This document shows positions 58,889 through 64,000 of a stretch of 64,000 nt of DNA, piece by piece. Both the position numbers and the translations under genes were made by a program. Position 1 is the first letter of the stretch. Each line of letters opens with the position of its first letter. The DNA comes from Camelus ferus (Eukaryota). The stretch is from the NCBI RefSeq assembly GCF_009834535.1, contig NC_045697.1, positions 110,362,001 through 110,426,000 on the forward strand. Direction: 5' to 3'. The notes below the pieces were generated by a model. The model was not told where the DNA came from, made no database searches, and was given only the letters and a program-made list of their open reading frames with translations.

Positions 58889-59137
58889 TGGGGTAGGAAG
58901 GGATAAATTTGGGAGTTTGAGATTTGCAAATGTTAACCACTGTATATAAAAACAGATGAAAAACCAGATTTCTTCTGTACAGCACAGGGAACGATATTCA
59001 ATATCTTGTAGTAACCTTTAATGGAAAAAATATGAAAATGAATATATGTATGTATATGCATGACTGGGACACTGTGCTGTACACCAGAAATTGACACACT
59101 GTAATTGACTGTACTTCAGTTAACAAGTACAACAAAA
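58889..59137 (+). mobile_element. LINE-1 3'UTR fragment with TSD
   Basis: TSD-like aagacctaacagttgt / aagacctaacgattgt. Confidence 0.88.
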
Positions 59138-61409
59138 AGACCTAACGATTGTACCTCCATTTACATCTGTTACTAGCCACGCACCTGAGGAGCATAAACA
59201 CCAGAAGTGGCTGTAGCCACTTAAATATTCTCCAGGGATGCCATTGCCTTTGGTGTGGTTGCTGCTAAAAGGAAAAACAAAAACATAACCAAAAAAAAAA
59301 ACAACCCAACAACAATGGGAAAAGAAAGCAGTTCACTGAGTGTAAATTGGTGATGGTCACGTCAGAGTGGTCGCCATGGTGTTTCTTTTCTGGCAGGTGT
59401 GCATGTGATCCACAGTGCTGGGGGTACCAGTCCTCCAGCGTGTGCTCCTGCCTTTGACAAGGTGGCCAGGAGGGCTGGCATTGATTTGAAAATAGCAGTT
59501 GTCACCAGAGTTGATGTCACAGGAGAGGTGACAGGCGTTTATGTGACACCTTCTAAGCAAGAAGCTATTAGATCATGTGGTAAACAACTATGATCATTTA
59601 ATTTGGTCAAATCATTGGTTTTTGGTCTAACTCTAAAGACTGAGCTCTGGATTGAGCCCTTTCTGATCTGTTAGGCTATAAAACCTGCTGTGTCAGCTGC
59701 CCAGACTGGCCATCCATTTATGTCATAAACCACGTATGTGTGGTGTGAAAGATTTATTGATATTCATTGAAGGCAGTGTTTAAAATGACTCTGGACCCTT
59801 CTTGGGACGCGGCAGATTAAACTGAAACTGTGCTTCTTACAAAACGTGAAGTTTCTTAGCACAAGTCAGTATCTTTCTAATCTTACCATCATTTTGCTCC
59901 AGTGGACAGATTTTGCTGCGAGTGACACTTTCTGTGTCAGAACCAGAAAGGAGATGACATTAACAAATTCTTTCATTAACACTTTATGTGAAAAGCTAAA
60001 TGTTTCAGGCAAGCATCATACTTTCCATGACATTCCTTCCTTAGTACCATCTGAGTTTGGCTCCCAGTGAAATGCAAAAGGGGTAAAATCCCACTTGTGA
60101 AATGCAAATATTTTTGCAGGTCCTTGTATATTTGTAATATTGGTATGAGCTGTCAGGAACCCACAGAAAAACCATAGACTCATTTGTTTGAGTGTAAACA
60201 GAACAGATCTGCTAATTAGCTTCTCTTCCTGGAGCCAGGCCTGCGCAATGTACTATCTGCAGGGTTAGATTTATGATTTGCGAAAACAGCTGTGGAGAGA
60301 ACCTTTGAGAGCCATCCTGTGTCTGTGTAGATAGTGTATTTTTAGCTCATCTGTATCCTTCCTCTAAAAAGAGGTTCTTATTTGTACATTACCAAAGAAG
60401 TAACTACTATGAATGAATTTGCTGCCATAACGATCTGTTGGTCTATTTTAAATATGATGTCACGTTAGCAAGAGAGAGACATCTGCTCTAATGATCCCAT
60501 TGTGGTGACAAACATGCTGAATCTTATCCAAGAGAATTAAACCATAGACCTGTTTTTTCTGCAAAGGAAAATACCCCTAGGGAGATTTAAATGTATTTAA
60601 TGTGTTTATAGAAAACAAAGATGGAAACAGTAATACCCTGAGAAGCAGGTCTCCGCTGAGGAATATCAACATCTGACCTTTAATAGCCTGAACTCTAACC
60701 ACCCGCTGTTGCACTGGTAACTGACACAGCGTAAAACGTACCTGTCATGATGTATAACATGCTCTGCTGTGTTCTATATCATGTGCATTTTTGTATCATC
60801 ATGTATGACACCAGATTCCGCACCAGGGACTTACCAGTTGGGCAGTCCTAGCTCTGGCCCTTGGTGGTGAAGTCACGTTTTGGCTTTGGTGCGGCTCGGG
60901 GCTGTGGTCGGGCGTCAGAGTAACAGGAAGTGTCCTCGGCAGCCCGGAGACCCTGCGAGGTGGTTACACGTGAATGACCATCTCTAAGCAGCTCCAGCGC
61001 TGCGGGGGTCGCACAGTTTTCAGGCTGTTTGTCCTGCTTTCCGTAACTCTAGCCTGAGCCTGTTTGGGGGAGGCGTAGGGATCACCGTGTAAGCACGTTC
61101 TGCCCGGCGCTTCGGGGCTTAGCCTGGGAAGATGTGCCTGCATCGGGAGTCCCCGGACATGTACGTGAACCTCATGATTATGGGGGTGGGGGTGGGAAAT
61201 GCCAAAGCAAAACGCAGGTCTTTTAGGGACATGTATTGGCAACTTTTATTCTTAACTTTGACTATAGGAAGCGTGGTTCTTTACTGGAGATAAATTGCGG
61301 TGGAACCTTTCAGATTTGATAAATCACTTTGCAGGAGAAGGGATCCTGTGTGTATTTACAACAGTCCTGTGAGACAGATATTATGGTGTCTTACTTTAAA
61401 GAGGCAGAG

Positions 61410-61502
61410 AGGGAGGGTATAAGTCAGTGGTAGAGCAGCTGCTTAGCAGGCATGAGGTCCTGGGTTAAATCCCCAGTATCTCCATTAAAAAAATAAATAA
61501 AA
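61410..61502 (+). mobile_element. tRNA-Ala-derived SINE (Vic-1-like)
   Basis: gggagggtataagtcagtggtagagc...gcttagcaggcatgaggtcctgggtt; A tail; TSD-like agaggcag on both sides. Confidence 0.85.
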
Positions 61503-64000
61503 TAGAGGCAGGAGCTCAGAGAAGCCAGGAGGGTTGCCCAGGGTCCAGAACCTGCATACCTCGCCCCTAGGCTTCCTCAGCCCCTCTTTGGTTCAGGTTT
61601 CTCATCTATCCAATGGGGGCTGTGATAGCTGCCTATATGAAACATTGTAGGAAAAGTCCCTGAAACAGAATACCTTTTTCAATACATACTAGTTTACTCA
61701 TTCCAATAATGAAATGTATAGGCTTCTACTTGCATATTACAATTTTTTTTATTGTTTTAGCATGTATGATGAAAAGTAAGTGTTATGTGAATAAAGATTT
61801 AAAACCTTTTTTTGCAAAATAGTTATAGAAGGAGACTCTGCAAGGGTCAGCTATCCTGGATATGGAGAGCGGGAAGAAATTTCCAGACACCGTTGAAAGC
61901 ATGGATGCGTGCCTTGGATGAGGTCTTCCCTCTCATTTTTCACTTTACTCCTCCCTCGTCTTCTCTCTTCTATCCTTCCTTCCTTCCAGGTGTAGGTGGA
62001 TGCATGTTGCTTCAAAGAGTTGATCATCTTGAAAGCTTTTCTCCCAGGGTGCCCAGGTAGCAGCACAAACTCTTAGGAGTATCGAAAGAAATTTCTCAGC
62101 AACCACCATAGTTTTGAACCTCCCAGACCACACAATAGGCCCAGAGTAAAGGATGCAGAAAAATTCTCTGACAGCTGTAGCTGTGATATGGTGGTGTATC
62201 TAAACCCACAGCAGCACAGAAAAAGGATTTCAGCTCTAACCCATGGGGGTGAAAAATCACCGGTTGTGAGAGGTTGGGAGGTTGGGGGCTCCGTGAACTT
62301 GAAACACCAGTTGCTTTATAGAGCGCTGTGAGGCACAGGTGTGTGCTGCACGCGGGGCGGGGCGGGGCGGGTGGTGGGTGGACAGCACAGGTGAGTAAAA
62401 TCTGTGGCAGCCCCGAGGAGCGGAAAGTGCATCCGCATCCATGAGGGGAACGTGAGGGGAGGCTCCGTCTGCCTCCCTGTGCGCTGAGTTCCTTGTAAGC
62501 CAAGGATCCCACTTCCTACCCCTGAATGCCTGGTGTCTGTCACGGGGCTGTCCACAGTGGACCCCGATCACAGCAAACTGGAAGGGATTTAGACTGAGAA
62601 GCTGAGAACAGTTTTTGGAGCAGCAAAGGTGTGTTTTGTGGAAAGACTGTGGTTGGTTTCAGTGCTGTTCCATTGATCACAACCTTACACAAGTACTCTA
62701 CCCATTTCTCCCTCTGCTTAAGCACACCTTTTACAAAGTCTAGTGGGGATTCTGCCTCCTGCTCCTCCTCTGCATTCCTGCAGCACTCACCTCACTCCTG
62801 GGGCTCGTGGTCCCCCAGCTCAATGGCATGTCCAGAAGCTCCCTCCACCTCTGTGTCCCTGGCTCCCGTGAGCATCCTTGTGCCTCATTGGTGCTTAGTA
62901 AATGTTGAGTGTCCTGAAGGATGTGGGTGGGGTGGTGACCCCTGAATTGCAGTAAAGTGCAAGCCAGTCTGTTTTCCTTGCTCTCTCCAGCTATTGAGGT
63001 CTGCTAGGAGACCGCGCTTCCCCAGAGAGCCTCGCTATCATCAGTCTCTGCATCTGAACCAAATTCAGATGGTAGGGGATGCGGGGGGACGTCCATCACA
63101 TTTCCTTGTGGTGACCACTACACTACGGACTATACACATGGAAATGTTAACATATGTATCTCAACCAAGAATGAGATTGTACCATGAATACTAAGAACCT
63201 TATTTTTTAAATTACATACTTGGAGCAGGAATATCATTAAATGTTTTTCAAATCATCATTTTTAATGGCAGTAAATTATACTAGTGTATGGTACAAATGA
63301 TAGGACCAGTCTTTAAGTGGACATATATGTTGGTCCCAATTTTTCTTTTCTATTTTAAATAAGCTACAGTGGATATCCTTATAACTAAATCTTGGTGTCT
63401 TTTTAAAACTAATTTTTTTTAAAGATAAATTCTTCCAGTTTTAACTGTTATTAAATCATTACACCCATTCAGCTCTGTAGAGTGATCACTGAGGGGGCAC
63501 CTGCCAAAGACTGGTATTGGGAGCCCTCAGTACAGAAGACATCAAACTTGTTTTCAGGAAGGCCCCAGTACAATAAGGGACTTGGAAGAGTATTTGCTAA
63601 TAGTAATGTCTGCTTTCATAGGGTTATTATGAAAGGGGGAGTGAATAAAATAATAAATGTAAAGCACTTAGCACCAAAATATATATAGTAAGCATTTAGT
63701 AAAATGATCACTTTTATTGTTTTGCAATTCAGTGTTCATCAGATATTTGTAGACTAATAAAAGGTGGTAGATTGCATTAACCCAGGAATAGAGGCATGCT
63801 TTGATTTGATCCACAAGGGTGTTGCACCACTCCATTATGGTGGTATGAGTTCCTCTGGTATAAAATATGGATAATGATACCTACTTATAGGGTTGCTGTA
63901 AAGATTACAATAAATGGGTTGCTGTTGGCAAGAGTGAGTCCATTGCCTGCCACACGGTAAACACTAAAAAAAAGGATACCCAGTGGAGACAGTAATAATG

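Noticed and set aside
59397..59593. 64-aa ORF following a good splice acceptor
   Set aside because: No recognisable homology; kept only as a possible non-coding exon, not called as CDS
63487..63500. CACTGAGGGGGCAC CTCF-like motif (and a weaker one near 41705)
   Set aside because: 5' half deviates from the core consensus; too weak to call without a PWM scan

Overview
Mammalian genomic DNA, very likely camelid: fibrinopeptide A reads [18 protein letters not shown] and there are tRNA-Ala-like SINEs. The window holds two complete minus-strand genes of the fibrinogen cluster. FGA has 6 exons (CDS 4805-12218) and encodes a 646-aa A-alpha precursor and an 868-aa alpha-E isoform. FGG has 10 exons (CDS 25285-33353) and encodes a 437-aa gamma-A chain plus a gamma-prime read-through isoform. 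All exon boundaries were traced to GT/AG signals with consistent reading frames. The right half has no supportable protein-coding gene; it contains a CpG island, four CTCF-like motifs in divergent orientation, solo LTRs and other interspersed repeats. Main observations: (1) an almost perfectly homogenised 7 x 39-bp coding repeat in the FGA alphaC connector; (2) the short-alpha C-terminus, stop codon and polyA signal appear to derive from an L2 element; (3) the gamma-prime tail is cut short by a 15-nt slippage insertion, and the ancestral YPE tail is still in frame behind the new stop; (4) the gamma-A C-terminus is the variant [12 protein letters not shown]; (5) a SINE-L1 chimeric insertion shares one 13-bp TSD; (6) a probable CTCF boundary and an orphan CpG-island promoter lie upstream of FGG. 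Repeat family names and cross-species comparisons are from memory, not from searches, and repeat boundaries are approximate. I found no evidence of a wholly new multi-gene system.
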